Assembly (NCBI GenBank): GCA_013239625.1
Contig: MU054212.1
Coordinates: forward strand, 4,198,650 to 4,262,649
Origin: Lama guanicoe
Lineage: Eukaryota
DNA length: 64,000 bases
Reading direction: 5' to 3'
Below the pieces are notes generated by a model, which worked only from the letters and a program-made list of their open reading frames with translations, was not told the DNA's origin and made no database searches. A program made the translations under genes and the position numbers. The first letter of the stretch is position 1, and the number at the start of each line of letters is the position of its first letter. Positions 63,435-64,000 of the stretch are shown piece after piece.

Positions 63435-64000
63435 CCTAATTCATTATTTTGCAACTTTCCTGAGAAAACATATATTTGAGTTTTAATTTGTTAAAAATTC
63501 TATGATCTCAAGTTTTTTTGGTTGTACACAATTATGTAAGTATTGCTGCATTGTTTTATAAAATTAAGTAGATGATTTGAGACTTTGATTTCAAACTTCT
63601 AGTTTATTAATTTAAGCCAATTAAGAAAGCCAGAGATCCTAGGCAAAGTTAGAATTTAGTTAAGAACTCATAATAAAATATCAATAGAAGAATAAATTAT
63701 ACAGTAGTGAGTACTTTCAGGAGAGAGGAGACGATAAAATCTGTTAAAGAGTGTTCAAACTTTTGGTTCACTTTCATTCAAATGGGAAGAAATTTGTCTA
63801 AGGCTTTCCCTATACCCATAGGAGTGAAATCTTTACCTTCCAAATTGATCCACAGACTCAGAGAAACCCCAGTCTAAAATCTGGTAGTTTTCTCAGCAGG
63901 GGAAGGTGGGTGGAAAGTGGGTAGCAAATGAACAAGTTGATTCTAGACTTCAAATGTGAAAGCAGAGGACCAAAATTAACCAAGATAACTTTGAAAAAAT

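Noticed and set aside
1-64000. A novel multi-gene biological system
   Set aside because: No coding genes or unexplained large-scale structure found; the content is explained by TE fossils and non-coding mammalian DNA

Overview
This is mammalian genomic DNA, very probably camelid (alpaca/camel lineage): it carries four tRNA-Ala-derived SINEs of the camelid Vic-1 type and cetartiodactyl-type L1 3' ends. I find no recognisable protein-coding exon, and the listed ORFs read as chance ORFs, TE-derived frames, low-complexity frames or frames spanning N gaps. The window looks intergenic or deep intronic. It holds many TE fossils: L1 of several ages, L2, MIR, MLT1 (MaLR) LTRs, an ERV1-type solo LTR with TSD, MER21- and MER34-like LTRs, hAT MITEs (MER58, MER33, MER45, MER5) and a Tigger remnant. 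It also has microsatellites, three assembly gaps and several multi-kb TE-poor stretches that may hold conserved enhancers. I cannot support a novel multi-gene system. The most notable observations are small-scale: a perfect 20-bp-stem hairpin, a candidate unannotated terminal exon (strong acceptor, UG repeat, AATAAA), two L1 inversions with twin-priming geometry, a tail-less internal L1 ORF2 fragment with a repeated junction motif, minimal TSD-flanked insertions, a rearranged Tigger element and nested TEs. All TE family names come from recalled consensus similarity, not from a database run, and boundaries of old elements are approximate.
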